From positions 227,081 to 291,080 of the forward strand of contig CAWEQX010000002.1 of NCBI GenBank assembly GCA_963811385.1: a stretch of DNA of 64,000 bases, written 5' to 3'. The notes beneath the pieces are model-generated. The model was not told the DNA's origin, made no database searches, and worked only from the letters and a program-made list of their open reading frames with translations. The position numbers and the translations under genes were made by a program. This stretch comes from an uncultured Actinomycetota bacterium. Lineage in GTDB: Bacteria > Actinomycetota > Actinomycetes > Propionibacteriales > Nocardioidaceae. Shown piece after piece: positions 39,024 through 51,157 of the stretch (the first letter of the stretch is position 1; each line of letters opens with the position of its first letter).

Positions 39024-39974
39024 TCAGTGCTCCGCGGCGCCGGCGCGGCCCGGGACGAGGTGGAGGACCCCGACGACGACGAAGCCGACCACGAGGCCGA
39101 CGACCGCGGACGCAGCGGTGTTGGTCAGCCAGCCGAGCACCGAGCCGAGCCCCCCGACGGCGTCGTGCACCTGCTCCTCGAGGTGGTGGACCAGGTCGTA
39201 GGGCGCGTGCCAGCCGACGTCGTCGGCGCCGACGAGCAGGATGTGGCCCCCCACCCAGAGCATCGCGGCGATGCCGACCGTGGAGAGCACGGCGAGGATG
39301 CGGGGCATGGCCTTGACCAGGCCGCGGCCCACGCGCTGGGCGGTCTCGGAGGACTTCTCGGCCAGGTGCAGGCCGACGTCGTCGAGCTTCACGATGACCC
39401 CGACGACGCCGTAGACCAGCGCCGTGATGAGGAACGAGACCACGACCAGGATCAGCGCCCGGGCGAGGAACGGCTCGTCGGTGACCTCGTTGAGCGCGAT
39501 CACGATGATCTCCGAGCTGAGGATGAAGTCGGTGCGGATGGCGCCGGAGGTCATCGTCCGCTCGTGCTCGGCGGGGGTGACCCCCTCGGGGATCCCGCCC
39601 TGGTCGGCGCCGGAGTGACCGGTGAGCCGCTCGTAGACCTTCTCCGCGCCCTCGAAGGCGAGATAGGTGCCGCCCACCATGAGCAACGGCGTGAGCAGCC
39701 AGGGCAGGAACTCGCTGAGCAGCAGGGCCGCGGGCACGATCATCAGCAGCTTGTTGCGCAGCGACCCGATCGCGATGCGCTTGACGATGGGCAGCTCGCG
39801 ACTGGGGTGGAAGCCCTGCGCGTAGCGGGGCGTCACCGCGGTGTCGTCGACCACCACGCCGGCCGCCTTGGCGCTCGCCCGTCCGGCCGCGGCGCCGACG
39901 TCGTCGACCGAGGCGGCGGCCAGCTTGGCCATCGTCGCGATGTCGTCGAGCAGGGCCGCGAGGCCGCCGCTCAT
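39024..39974 (-). CDS. DUF808 (YedI-like) inner-membrane protein
   Basis: 316 aa from the internal ATG (MSGGLAALLDDIATMAKLAAASVDDV...), a characteristic DUF808 N-terminus, plus TM segments. Confidence 0.85.
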   Translation of the reverse strand: MSGGLAALLDDIATMAKLAAASVDDVGAAAGRASAKAAGVVVDDTAVTPRYAQGFHPSRELPIVKRIAIGSLRNKLLMIVPAALLLSEFLPWLLTPLLMVGGTYLAFEGAEKVYERLTGHSGADQGGIPEGVTPAEHERTMTSGAIRTDFILSSEIIVIALNEVTDEPFLARALILVVVSFLITALVYGVVGVIVKLDDVGLHLAEKSSETAQRVGRGLVKAMPRILAVLSTVGIAAMLWVGGHILLVGADDVGWHAPYDLVHHLEEQVHDAVGGLGSVLGWLTNTAASAVVGLVVGFVVVGVLHLVPGRAGAAEH

Positions 39975-40073
39975 CGGGCGGCACCCGGGTTCGTGGTCAC
40001 CGGGACAGGGTACGGAAGCCGACCTCGACCCGCACCTCACGAGCCGGTGCAGGACGTGTCCCGCGTCTCACGG

Positions 40074-40124
40074 CGATTGGTTGTCGAGGTCAACCAATCG
40101 GCGTATGGTTGACCCCGTCAACCA
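40074..40124. promoter_or_regulatory. two palindromic operator candidates upstream of the MFS-MarR operon
   Basis: CGATTGGTTG-n7-CAACCAATCG (40074-40100) and TGGTTGAC-ccc-GTCAACCA (40106-40124). Both share the GGTTG/CAACC core and end 28 nt before the MFS start. Confidence 0.45.
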
Positions 40125-40151
40125 GAACCACCGCCATCCGGAAGAGGCTCC

Positions 40152-41858
40152 GTGACCGCGACGCACCCCCCGACCAGGCCCACCTCGCAGACCGGCGCGC
40201 AGCCCGGCGTCGCCGAGGCCCAGGCCCGCATGACCCACCGCGAGGTCCTCGAGGCGATGAGCGGGCTGCTGCTCGCGATGTTCGTCGCCATGGTCTCCAG
40301 CACCATCGTGACCAACGCGCTGCCGCGCATCGTCGTCGACCTCGAGGGCACCCAGACCGGCTACACCTGGGTCGTCGTCGCGACCCTGCTCACGATGACC
40401 GCCACCACCCCGGTGTGGGGCAAGCTCTCCGACCAGTTCAGCAAGAAGCTGCTCGTCCAGACCGCGCTGGTGATCTACAGCGCCGGCTCGCTGATCGCGG
40501 CCTTCGCGCCCTCGATGGGCGTCCTGATCGGCGCCCGCGCCGTCCAGGGCCTCGGCGTCGGTGGCCTCACCGCGCTGGTCCAGGTGGTCATCGCCAGCAT
40601 GGTCACGCCCCGCGAGCGCGGTCGCTACAGCGGCTACATCGGGGCGGTCTTCGCCCTCGCCACGGTCAGCGGCCCGCTGCTCGGAGGTCTCATCGTGGAC
40701 AGCCCGCTGGGCTGGCGCGGCTGCTTCTTCGCCCCGCTGCCGATCGCGGTCCTGGCCTTCCTGGTCCTCCAGCGCACCCTCCACCTCCCGGTGGTCAAGC
40801 GCGAGGTGTCGGTCGACTTCGCCGGCGCGGGCCTCATCGTCGGCGGCGTGAGCATCCTGCTGGTCTGGGTCTCCCTGGCCGGCACCGACTTCGACTGGAT
40901 CTCGGTCACCAGCGCGCTGCTGGTCGCCGGCGGTCTCCTGGTCCTGGCGCTCGCGGTGTACGTCGAGGCGCGGGTCGCCAGTGAGCCCGTCATCCCGCTG
41001 AAGCTGTTCAAGGACCGCACGATGGTCCTGGCGACGGTGGCCTCGGCGATGATCGGCGTCGCGATGTTCGGCTCGACGGTCTTCCTCTCGCAGTACTTCC
41101 AGCTCTCCCGCGGGATGAGCCCGACCAACGCCGGCCTGATGTCGATCGCGATGGTCGGCGGCCTGCTGGTCTCGAGCATCGTGATCGGCCGCATCATCAG
41201 CCACACCGGCCTGTGGAAGCGCTATCTGGTCGGCGGTTCGGTCCTGGTCGTCGCCGGCTTCTCGCTGCTCGCCACGATCGACCACGCGACCCCGCTCTAC
41301 GTCGTCGGGATCTACATGGCGCTGGTCGGGCTGGGCCTGGGCGCGACGATGCAGAACCTCATCCTCGCGGTCCAGAACAACGTGCGCACCGCCGACCTCG
41401 GCGCCGCCAGCGCGACGGTCGCGTTCTTCCGCAGCCTCGGCGGCGCGATGGGCGTCTCGGCCCTCGGCGCGGTGCTGGCCCACCAGGTGCGCGACTCGCT
41501 GGCGACGGGCCTGGCCTCGATGGGGGTCAAGGCCTCCGGCGGCGACGGCGGCTCGATCCCGGACCTGTCTGCGCTGCCCGCCCCGATCCGCGACCTCTAC
41601 GAGCGGTCGTTCGGTGACGCCACCGGCCACCTGTTCATGGTCTCGGTGCCGTTCGCCGTGGCGTCGCTGCTGTGCATCCTGTTCATCCGCGAGGTGCCGC
41701 TGCGCACGACCCTCGACATGGAGGACGAGGCCGCTCCGCTCGAGCCCCCGACCGAGGCGGTCACCGAGAGGACCACCCAGACGCCCAGCCAGGCGACCGG
41801 CCGGACGACCAGTGGCCCGGCCTCCGAGGCGGCCCCGGAGCAGGTCTCGCGGTCATGA
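40152..41858 (+). CDS. MFS transporter, DHA2 (EmrB/QacA, 14-TMS) family
   Basis: 568 aa with DHA2 motifs (LPRIVVDLEG, GKLSDQFSKK, GARAVQGLGVGGL). ATGA overlap with the downstream MarR gene. The N-terminal start (GTG 40152) is uncertain. Confidence 0.88.
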   Translation: MTATHPPTRPTSQTGAQPGVAEAQARMTHREVLEAMSGLLLAMFVAMVSSTIVTNALPRIVVDLEGTQTGYTWVVVATLLTMTATTPVWGKLSDQFSKKLLVQTALVIYSAGSLIAAFAPSMGVLIGARAVQGLGVGGLTALVQVVIASMVTPRERGRYSGYIGAVFALATVSGPLLGGLIVDSPLGWRGCFFAPLPIAVLAFLVLQRTLHLPVVKREVSVDFAGAGLIVGGVSILLVWVSLAGTDFDWISVTSALLVAGGLLVLALAVYVEARVASEPVIPLKLFKDRTMVLATVASAMIGVAMFGSTVFLSQYFQLSRGMSPTNAGLMSIAMVGGLLVSSIVIGRIISHTGLWKRYLVGGSVLVVAGFSLLATIDHATPLYVVGIYMALVGLGLGATMQNLILAVQNNVRTADLGAASATVAFFRSLGGAMGVSALGAVLAHQVRDSLATGLASMGVKASGGDGGSIPDLSALPAPIRDLYERSFGDATGHLFMVSVPFAVASLLCILFIREVPLRTTLDMEDEAAPLEPPTEAVTERTTQTPSQATGRTTSGPASEAAPEQVSRS

Positions 41859-42325
41859 CGGCTCCCGACCGGCAGACCTCCGTGCGTCGGATCGAGTCCG
41901 AGGTCGGCGTCCTGATCCGTCGGGTGCGCCGGGTGGTCGCCGAGCGGGCCCAGGAGGTGCACGAGTCGCTGCACCCCGCGACCTTCGTGCTGCTCAACCA
42001 CCTCGCCGACCACGGACCGCTGCGGGCCACGGCGCTGGTCGAGCACCTCGCGATGGACAAGGCCTCGGTCAGCCGCCAGGTGCAGCACCTGCTGGACCTG
42101 GGGCTGGTCGACCGCAGCCCCGACCCCGACGACGGGCGCGCCACCCTGCTCTCGGTCAGCGACGACGGCCAGCGGCGGCTGCGCGACGTCGCGTCCCACC
42201 GGCGCAAGCTGCTCGACGAGCGGCTCGGCGACTGGGGCGAGAACGAGCTGGCGACCTTCGCCGACGACCTCGCGCGCTACAACGCCACGCTGGACCGGGC
42301 CTTCTCGGGCGCGCCCGCCCGCTGA
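41855..42325 (+). CDS. MarR-family transcriptional regulator
   Basis: 156 aa with a wHTH (LLNHLADHGPLRATALVEHLAMDKASVSRQVQHLLDLGLVDR...DGRATLL). Translationally coupled to the MFS gene. Confidence 0.9.
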   Translation: MTAPDRQTSVRRIESEVGVLIRRVRRVVAERAQEVHESLHPATFVLLNHLADHGPLRATALVEHLAMDKASVSRQVQHLLDLGLVDRSPDPDDGRATLLSVSDDGQRRLRDVASHRRKLLDERLGDWGENELATFADDLARYNATLDRAFSGAPAR

Positions 42326-42515
42326 CCCCCCGGCGTACCGCTTCGGACGGCGACCGCCCCCTCGTCGGCCAGTCGGCTGCCCGCGATCGGCATCAAGCCG
42401 CCGGTCGAGCCCGAGGTGGCGGCCTCGGCGGAGGTCGGCTGCCACACGACGGCCTCGCGCGAGGGAGGTGGCGCGCGTCGGGTCACGGTTACGCTGCGCG
42501 CCTGGAGGTGGGGAC

Positions 42516-43229
42516 ATGAGCACGGACACCGAGGTGGAGGAGCCCGCCCAGGCGCCCGGTCGCCCGCGCGTGCGCAGGGCCCGGCAGGTGCTCGCGGTCG
42601 TCCTGCTGGTCGGCTGGGTGGCGGTGCTGTGGACCACCGTCCTGACCGGCTCCCGCGCCGCGAGCTGGGAGGCGCTCTCCGGGGCGCTCGAGTCGGGCCG
42701 CCTCGACTCGGTGACCGTGGTCGGCGAGGAGCTGCCCGACACCGCCGACGGGTCCGGCTACGCCCTGGTCGAGGTCCGGTGGCGCGACGGAGGTCTGGTC
42801 CGCCGCACCGCGGTCCGGCAGGTCGTCGGGGGCGAGGACCCGCCGCGGACCGGCGGCCACGTGGTGCGCGGGTCGGTGACGGCGGCACTGCGCGAGCTCG
42901 ACGCCGGGGTGCGGGTGCGCCACGAGCCGCTGCGTGGCGGCGGCGAGATCACGGTCGTCGGGCTCCGGCTCGAGGGCCCGAGCGCGGCGGCCACCTTCGG
43001 GCTGGCGCTGGCGACCCTCATGCTGCTCCTCGGTGGCCCCGAGCCCGAGCGGGCCACCCGCTGGGCGTGGTTCTGGCTGTTCACCGCCGCGCCGCCGCTG
43101 GCCTGCCCGGCGTACCTCCTCCTCGGCGGGATGGTCCGCACCCACCCGCAGCCGGGTCCGCGGCGGCTGCGGGGTGGCTGGGCCTTCGTCCTCGCCCTGC
43201 TGCTCGGCGGGGCGTCCGCGGCGGGCTGA
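42516..43229 (+). CDS. hypothetical membrane protein
   Basis: ATG at 42516 follows GGAGGTGGGG. One N-terminal TM helix, a soluble middle part and 2-3 C-terminal TM helices. High GC3. No family recognised. Confidence 0.6.
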   Translation: MSTDTEVEEPAQAPGRPRVRRARQVLAVVLLVGWVAVLWTTVLTGSRAASWEALSGALESGRLDSVTVVGEELPDTADGSGYALVEVRWRDGGLVRRTAVRQVVGGEDPPRTGGHVVRGSVTAALRELDAGVRVRHEPLRGGGEITVVGLRLEGPSAAATFGLALATLMLLLGGPEPERATRWAWFWLFTAAPPLACPAYLLLGGMVRTHPQPGPRRLRGGWAFVLALLLGGASAAG

Positions 43230-43273
43230 GTCTCGGCGCCGGCGATGTCGATGCCAGGACCTAGCCTGGTCGG

Positions 43274-44803
43274 GTGACGCACACTGCCCCGAGCTCGACC
43301 CCGTCCGGCCCCGCGGCCGGCGACAACCCCTGGGCGGCGCTCGCCGCGCTCTGCCTGGGCTTCTTCATGATCCTGGTCGACACGACGATCGTGTCGGTCG
43401 CGACCCCCGCCATCATCGAGGACCTGCAGGCCGAGGTGAACTCCGTGGTCTGGGTGACCAGCGCCTACCTCCTGGCCTACGCCGTCCCCCTGCTGATCAC
43501 CGGCCGCCTCGGCGACCGCTACGGCCAGAAGTGGGTCTACCTCGCCGGGCTGGCGCTGTTCACCGGCTCCTCGCTGTGGTGCGGCCTCACCGGCTCGGTC
43601 GAGATGCTCATCGTCGCGCGCGTCTTCCAGGGCCTCGGCGGGGCGCTGATGACCCCCCAGACCATGGCCACGATCACGCGCATCTTCCCGGCGGACTCAC
43701 GCGGCAAGGCGATGGCGATGTGGGGCGCGACCGCCGGCCTGGCGATGCTGGTCGGCCCGATCCTCGGCGGCGTGCTGGTCGACAGCCTCGGCTGGGAGTG
43801 GATCTTCTTCATCAACGTGCCCGTGGGCGTCGTGGGCCTCGTGCTGGCCTGGCGGCTGGTGCCGCTGCTGCCCACCCACCCGCACCGCTTCGACTGGCTG
43901 GGCGTGGCGCTCAGCGGCGCGGCGATGTTCCTGCTGGTCTTCGGCATCCAGGAGGGCCACCAGTACGACTGGGGGCCGATCACGGGGTTCGTGTCGGTGC
44001 CGCTGCTCATCGTCACCGGCGGCGTGGTGCTGGGCGCCTTCGTGTGGCAGCAGCGCCGCAACCGGCACGAGCCGCTGCTCCCGCTCAACCTCTTCGCCGA
44101 CCGCAACTTCTCGCTGGCCAACGTCGCGATCTCCTGCATGGGGTTCGCGGTCACCGCCTTCGGCTTCCCGCTGATGCTGTGGGCCCAGCTGGTGCGCGGC
44201 TACAGCCCGACCCAGGCGGCCCTGCTCTTCACGCCGATGGCGGTCACGACGATGGCGCTGGCGCCGATCGTCGGGCGCTGGACCGACAGCATCCACCCCC
44301 GACGGCTGGTGGGGGCCGGCTTCGCCCTGCTCGCGCTGTCGATGGTCGTGGTGCTGCACCAGATGACCCCGGAGTCGTCGATCTGGACGATCGTGGTCCC
44401 GATGACCGTCTTCGGCGTCGGCAACGCCCTGGTCTGGGCGCCCAACAGCGCCACCGCCACCCGCAACCTGGCGATGCACCAGGCGGGCGCGGGTGCCGGG
44501 GTCTACAACGCCACCCGCCAGGTGGCCTCGGTGCTGGGCTCCGCGGCCGTCGCCCTGCTGATCGACTCGCGGCTGGCGGCGCAGGGGCTGCAGTTCGACC
44601 CGGCCAGCCAGGGCGAGGCCGCCGGCGGGGTGCTCCCAGCCCAGGTGCTCGACCGGTTCTCCACCGCGATGGCGCAGGCCTCGTGGCTGGTCCCGGCCGC
44701 GTTCGTGGTCGGGTTCGTGGCGGTGATGTTCTTCGAGCGGCCCGGTCACCAGACCCCCGCGGCCGCCACGCCCAGCGAGCCGGCAGCGGCCCAGCCCGTC
44801 TGA
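43274..44803 (+). CDS. MFS transporter, DHA2 (EmrB/QacA) family
   Basis: 509 aa with motifs LCLGFFMILVDTTIVSVATPAI, GRLGDRYGQK and ARVFQGLGGAL. A TAGCCT hexamer lies 6 nt upstream of the GTG (leaderless pattern). Confidence 0.9.
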   Translation: MTHTAPSSTPSGPAAGDNPWAALAALCLGFFMILVDTTIVSVATPAIIEDLQAEVNSVVWVTSAYLLAYAVPLLITGRLGDRYGQKWVYLAGLALFTGSSLWCGLTGSVEMLIVARVFQGLGGALMTPQTMATITRIFPADSRGKAMAMWGATAGLAMLVGPILGGVLVDSLGWEWIFFINVPVGVVGLVLAWRLVPLLPTHPHRFDWLGVALSGAAMFLLVFGIQEGHQYDWGPITGFVSVPLLIVTGGVVLGAFVWQQRRNRHEPLLPLNLFADRNFSLANVAISCMGFAVTAFGFPLMLWAQLVRGYSPTQAALLFTPMAVTTMALAPIVGRWTDSIHPRRLVGAGFALLALSMVVVLHQMTPESSIWTIVVPMTVFGVGNALVWAPNSATATRNLAMHQAGAGAGVYNATRQVASVLGSAAVALLIDSRLAAQGLQFDPASQGEAAGGVLPAQVLDRFSTAMAQASWLVPAAFVVGFVAVMFFERPGHQTPAAATPSEPAAAQPV

Positions 44804-44890
44804 CCGCGCGGCCCTGACCGCGCAGCCGGTGAGCGCACGAGAGCCCGGCCCCTCGCAGGGACCGGGCTCTCGTCGTACGCCGGGTGCGCC

Positions 44891-47152
<2,262 letters not shown>

Positions 47153-47187
47153 CTCGTTCCTTTCGGGGTTGTCGGGGGGACGTGCGG

Positions 47188-47628
47188 TCAGGCTGTCGAG
47201 CGGGCGGTCGCGCAGGCAGGGCAGGTGCCCCAGAACACGACCTCGGCCTCGTCGACCACGAAGCCGTGGTCGACGGAGGCGGTCAGGCAGGGGGCGCGGC
47301 CGACGGCGCAGTCCACGTCGTCGATCCGGCCGCACGAGCGGCACACGACGTGGTGGTGGTTGTCGCCGACCCGGGCCTCGTAGCGCGCGGTGGCGCCGGC
47401 CGGCTGGAACCGGCGGACCAGGCGCGCGTCGGTCAGCACCCGCAGGACGTCGTAGACGGCCTGGGTGGACACGGTGGGCACCTCTGTGCGGACCAGCGCG
47501 ATGAGCGCCTCGGTGTCGAGGTGCGGGTGCCGGTGGACCGCGCGCAGGACGGCCAGCCGAGGACGCGTCACCCGCAGCGACGCCTCCCTCAGCACGGTCG
47601 TCAGGTCGGAGGTCGGCACGTCCGCCAC
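47188..47628 (-). CDS. furA: Fur-family peroxide-responsive repressor
   Basis: 146 aa from GTG 47628 ([28 protein letters not shown]...). Contains the HHHVVC...C and CxxC metal motifs. Lies immediately upstream of katG. A longer start at 47697 would overlap the divergent SDR start. Confidence 0.88.
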   Translation of the reverse strand: MADVPTSDLTTVLREASLRVTRPRLAVLRAVHRHPHLDTEALIALVRTEVPTVSTQAVYDVLRVLTDARLVRRFQPAGATARYEARVGDNHHHVVCRSCGRIDDVDCAVGRAPCLTASVDHGFVVDEAEVVFWGTCPACATARSTA

Positions 47629-47695
47629 CCTGCTGTCTTTTCTGGAACGAGTCAAGTCTTGTCTCGACCACCGGTCCGGCGGGTACGTGGCACCC

Positions 47696-48652
47696 ATGTC
47701 CCCTCCGCACCCCCTCCCCCCGACCACGCGGGTCGTCGTCGTCACCGGCGCGACCAGCGGCATCGGCCTGGCCACCGCCCACCAGGCCGCCGACGAGGGC
47801 GACGTCGTCGTCCTGGCCGCCCGCTCCGAGCAGCGGCTGCGCGAGGTCGAGTCCGAGTGCCGAGACCGTGGCGCCCACGACGCCCTGACCTGTCCCGCCG
47901 ACGTCGGCGACGACGCCGCGGTGGCCGGACTCGTCGACGCCGTCCTTGCGCGCTTCGGCCGCATCGACGCGGTGGTCCACAGCGCCGGCGTGGTCGCCTA
48001 CGGGCGCACCGAGGACGTCCCGGTCGAGGTCTTCGCCAAGGTGCTGCACACCAACGTGATGGGCTCGGTCCACGTCGCCCGTCACGTGGTGCCGGTCCTG
48101 CGCCGGCAGCACCACGGCACCCTGGTGCTGGTCGGCTCGGTCATCGGGCACATCGCCGTGCCCGGCATGACGCCGTACGCCGTCAGCAAGTGGGGCGTCC
48201 GCGCCCTGGCCCGGCAGCTCCAGCTGGAGAACCGCGACCGGCCCGGGATGGTCGCCTACGTCGCGCCCGGCGGCGTCGACACCCCGATCTACCTCCAGGC
48301 CGGCAACTACTCCGGCTTCGTCGGCCGGCCACCCCCGCCCGTGGTCCCCCCGGCCTACGTCGCGCGCAAGGCCCTGCGCCTGACCCGCCGCCCCCGCTCC
48401 GGGGTGCGGGCCCGGGTGCAGGCCGGCCCCGCCAACGACGTGATGCGCCTGGGCTTCTCGCTGCTGCCCGGGGTCTTCGACCGGCTGGTCGGCCCGCTGG
48501 TGCCCTACGGCTCCAAGGACCTGACCGACCCCGTCCCGGCCGGTCCGGGCAACGTGCTCGCGCCGCGGCCGCAGGACGAGCGGCTGCGGGGCGAGCAGGG
48601 CAGCGCCGTGCTCGGGGTCGTGCGCAACCTCGCCGCCGCGCTGCGTCGCTGA
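47696..48652 (+). CDS. SDR-family oxidoreductase
   Basis: 318 aa from the internal ATG ([26 protein letters not shown]). Has the TGxxxGxG motif and the YxxxK motif (YAVSKWG). Confidence 0.88.
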   Translation: MSPPHPLPPTTRVVVVTGATSGIGLATAHQAADEGDVVVLAARSEQRLREVESECRDRGAHDALTCPADVGDDAAVAGLVDAVLARFGRIDAVVHSAGVVAYGRTEDVPVEVFAKVLHTNVMGSVHVARHVVPVLRRQHHGTLVLVGSVIGHIAVPGMTPYAVSKWGVRALARQLQLENRDRPGMVAYVAPGGVDTPIYLQAGNYSGFVGRPPPPVVPPAYVARKALRLTRRPRSGVRARVQAGPANDVMRLGFSLLPGVFDRLVGPLVPYGSKDLTDPVPAGPGNVLAPRPQDERLRGEQGSAVLGVVRNLAAALRR

Positions 48653-48663
48653 GACAGGCACGC

Positions 48664-48697
48664 ACGACGGCCGCCCACGTCCGTGGGCGGCCGTCGT
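48664..48697. terminator. 15-bp perfect hairpin between convergent genes (bidirectional terminator candidate)
   Basis: ACGACGGCCGCCCAC-gtcc-GTGGGCGGCCGTCGT. Confidence 0.6.
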
Positions 48698-48714
48698 CCG
48701 GTGCGTGCCGGGGG

Positions 48715-49305
48715 TCAGCTCGTGGTGCGCTGGCGCTTCTTGGTGTCGGCGAGCTCGTCGAGCCGCTCGCTCTCCGCGCGCTTGCCGCGGGCGGACTTCT
48801 TCGTCTCGCCGGCGTCCTCCAGCCGGTCCTTCGCCTTCGCCTGGGCGGAGGAGCGCTGCGTGCGGGCCGCCGCCTTCTCGCGCTCCTTGCGCTGGCTCGC
48901 GGCGTCCTTGCGGGCGGCCGCACGCTTCTCAGCGGCGGCCTTCTTGCGGGCCTCGGCCTCGTCGGCCTCGGCGCGGGCCTGCTGCTTGCCCTGCTCCTCG
49001 GCCTCGTCGGCACGCTCGAGGCCGGTGACCGCGCGGTCCTCGGCCTGGGCGCGCTTGGCGGCCGCCCGCTCCTCGAGGTGCGTCGCGGTGGCCAGGCGGT
49101 GGGACCGCTCGAGCCGCGCGGCGCCCCGCTCGGCGATCGCCGGGTCGCGCAGCAGCGAGCCGGCGAGGCGGTCGGCCGAGCCGATGGCGCGGTCCACGAC
49201 CAGTCGCGGCGCCGAGCCCTCCGGCAGCCGCTCGGTCACGGTGCTGTCGAACAGGCTCAGGGGCAGCCGGGCGAGCTTGTAGGGGGTGCTCAGGACGTTC
49301 GTCAT
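48715..49305 (-). CDS. hypothetical charged coiled-coil protein
   Basis: 196 aa. ATG follows AAGGAG. The C-terminal half is low-complexity and rich in A/E/K/R. Lies 27 nt downstream of the CsbD-like gene. Confidence 0.6.
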   Translation of the reverse strand: MTNVLSTPYKLARLPLSLFDSTVTERLPEGSAPRLVVDRAIGSADRLAGSLLRDPAIAERGAARLERSHRLATATHLEERAAAKRAQAEDRAVTGLERADEAEEQGKQQARAEADEAEARKKAAAEKRAAARKDAASQRKEREKAAARTQRSSAQAKAKDRLEDAGETKKSARGKRAESERLDELADTKKRQRTTS

Positions 49306-49332
49306 GTCAGCTCCTTGCGTGCGTCGTGGGGG

Positions 49333-49806
49333 TCAGCTCGGGGCGGACTGGCGCAGCTCCTGCGCCTCCCGCTCGGCGCGGTCCGCCTGCGCGTCCAGGG
49401 ACTCGGCCTGGGCGAGACCGGCGTCGGCGACCCGGTCGGCGCGCCGCTCCGCGGCCTGCTCACCGGCGGCCTCGCGACGCTCGGCCTCGACCTGCGCCTC
49501 GGCCTTCTCGCGCTGCTCCTGGCCCGCGGCGGCGTGCTCGACCCGTTGCTCCTGCTGCTGGGCCGCGCTGCTGCGCTCGGCGGCCTCCCGGGTGGCCTGG
49601 TTGACCTCCTGGTGCGCCTCGGCCCGCTCGGCGTCGGCGACGGCGTCCTCGGCCACGGCCTCGCGGCGCGTGTCGGCCTCGGCCTGCTGGAGCTGTCCCT
49701 CCTCGGTCAGGTCGTCCTTGCCGGTCACGGCGCCGACGACCTCCTTGGCCTTGCCGGTCACGTGGTCCATCAGGCCCTCGCGGGCCTCTGCTGCCTTGTC
49801 GCTCAT
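49333..49806 (-). CDS. CsbD-domain protein with E/A/R-rich coiled-coil tail
   Basis: 157 aa from the internal ATG (MSDKAAEAREGLMDHVTGKAKEVVGAVTGKDDLTEEGQ...). GGAAGG RBS. Confidence 0.65.
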   Translation of the reverse strand: MSDKAAEAREGLMDHVTGKAKEVVGAVTGKDDLTEEGQLQQAEADTRREAVAEDAVADAERAEAHQEVNQATREAAERSSAAQQQEQRVEHAAAGQEQREKAEAQVEAERREAAGEQAAERRADRVADAGLAQAESLDAQADRAEREAQELRQSAPS

Positions 49807-49904
49807 GTCGGGGGTGCCTTCCGTCGATGACGTTCGGTACTCCCTCACCATGCCCACCGACCCCGGCCGGCGATGCGTGCCGGGGCCGTGACATGGGTCA
49901 TGGC

Positions 49905-51110
49905 CTAGCGGCCGCGCCTGCGGAGCAGGCTGCGCCAGCCGCCCTCCGGGAGCGAGAGCCGCACGATCTTGTGCCACGCCGAGGCGACCTGCTGCGGGAG
50001 CGGCCGGGCGTTGTAGGCCAGCCCGTGCCGCTCGAAGACCGCACGGACGCGCGGCTCGATCTCGGCGTAGCGGTTGCTGGGCATGTCGGGGAACAGGTGG
50101 TGCTCGACCTGGTGGCTGAGGTTGCCGGCCATGAGGTGCAGCAGCGGACCGCCGGAGATGTTGGCCGAGCCGAGCATCTGGCGCAGGTACCACTCGCCGC
50201 GGGTCTCGTCGGGGGCGACCTCGGCGACCTCGAAGGTCTCCACCCCTTCGGGGAAGTGCCCGCACATGATCACCGAGTGGCTCCACACGTTGCGGACGAA
50301 GTTGGCGGTGAGCGCGGCGGTGAAGGTGCGCGTGGCGCCGCGGCCCGACAGCAGCGGGAACGCGACGTAGTCGCGCAGTGCGCCCGAGGCCGCCCTCCGC
50401 AGGGTGCGTCGCACCTCCTGGCGCATCGTGGGGGTGAAGCCGCGGCCCTCGCGGAGGGTCGCGCCGAGGTCGAGGTCGTAGGTGGCGATGCCGTACTCGA
50501 AGATGCAGGCGTTGACCAGGTTGAGCAGCGGCTGCGCCAGGTGGCGGGGCTGCCACTCCTGCGCCTCGTCGACGCGCAGGATGCCGTAGCCCAGGTCGTT
50601 GTCCCGGCCGATCACGTTGGTGTGCACGTGGTGCAGCTCGTTGTGCGCCCGCTTCCACTGGTCGGGCGCAGAGGCGTGGTCCCAGTCCCAGGTGCTGGAG
50701 TGGATCGTCGGGTCGCGCATCCAGTCCCACTGCCCGTGCAGGACGTTGTGGCCGATCTCCATGTTGTCGAGGATCTTGGCCGCAGCCAGCCCGGCGGTGC
50801 CGAGCACCCACCCGGCACGGGTGCGCCCGGCCAGCACGAGGACCGCCCGGCTGGCGACCCGCAGGTGCCGCTCGGTGGCGATCACGCGCCGGACGTAGGC
50901 CGCGTCGCGCTCGCCGAGCGTGCTCATCACGTCCCAGCGGATCTCGTCGAGCTCCCGGCCGATCTGCCGGACCTCCTCGGGCGAGAGCCCGTGGATGGTG
51001 CGCCGGCCGTCCGCCGCAGCGGGCGGAGCAGGGGTCGCCGGGGCGGGCTCGACGGCGGGGCTGGCGGTCGACCGGGGGGTCGTCGGGGCGGCGGACGGAG
51101 CGAGGGTCAC
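49905..51110 (-). CDS. membrane acyl-CoA/acyl-lipid fatty acid desaturase (DesA3-like)
   Basis: His boxes HNVLHG, HNELHHVHTN and HQVEHHLFP. The start is uncertain: GTG 51110 or GTG 51152. Confidence 0.88.
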   Translation of the reverse strand: MTLAPSAAPTTPRSTASPAVEPAPATPAPPAAADGRRTIHGLSPEEVRQIGRELDEIRWDVMSTLGERDAAYVRRVIATERHLRVASRAVLVLAGRTRAGWVLGTAGLAAAKILDNMEIGHNVLHGQWDWMRDPTIHSSTWDWDHASAPDQWKRAHNELHHVHTNVIGRDNDLGYGILRVDEAQEWQPRHLAQPLLNLVNACIFEYGIATYDLDLGATLREGRGFTPTMRQEVRRTLRRAASGALRDYVAFPLLSGRGATRTFTAALTANFVRNVWSHSVIMCGHFPEGVETFEVAEVAPDETRGEWYLRQMLGSANISGGPLLHLMAGNLSHQVEHHLFPDMPSNRYAEIEPRVRAVFERHGLAYNARPLPQQVASAWHKIVRLSLPEGGWRSLLRRRGR

Positions 51111-51157
51111 CTCTCCATGGTGCCCACCGGGACCCGATCGAGTCCCCGGCACCCCCC

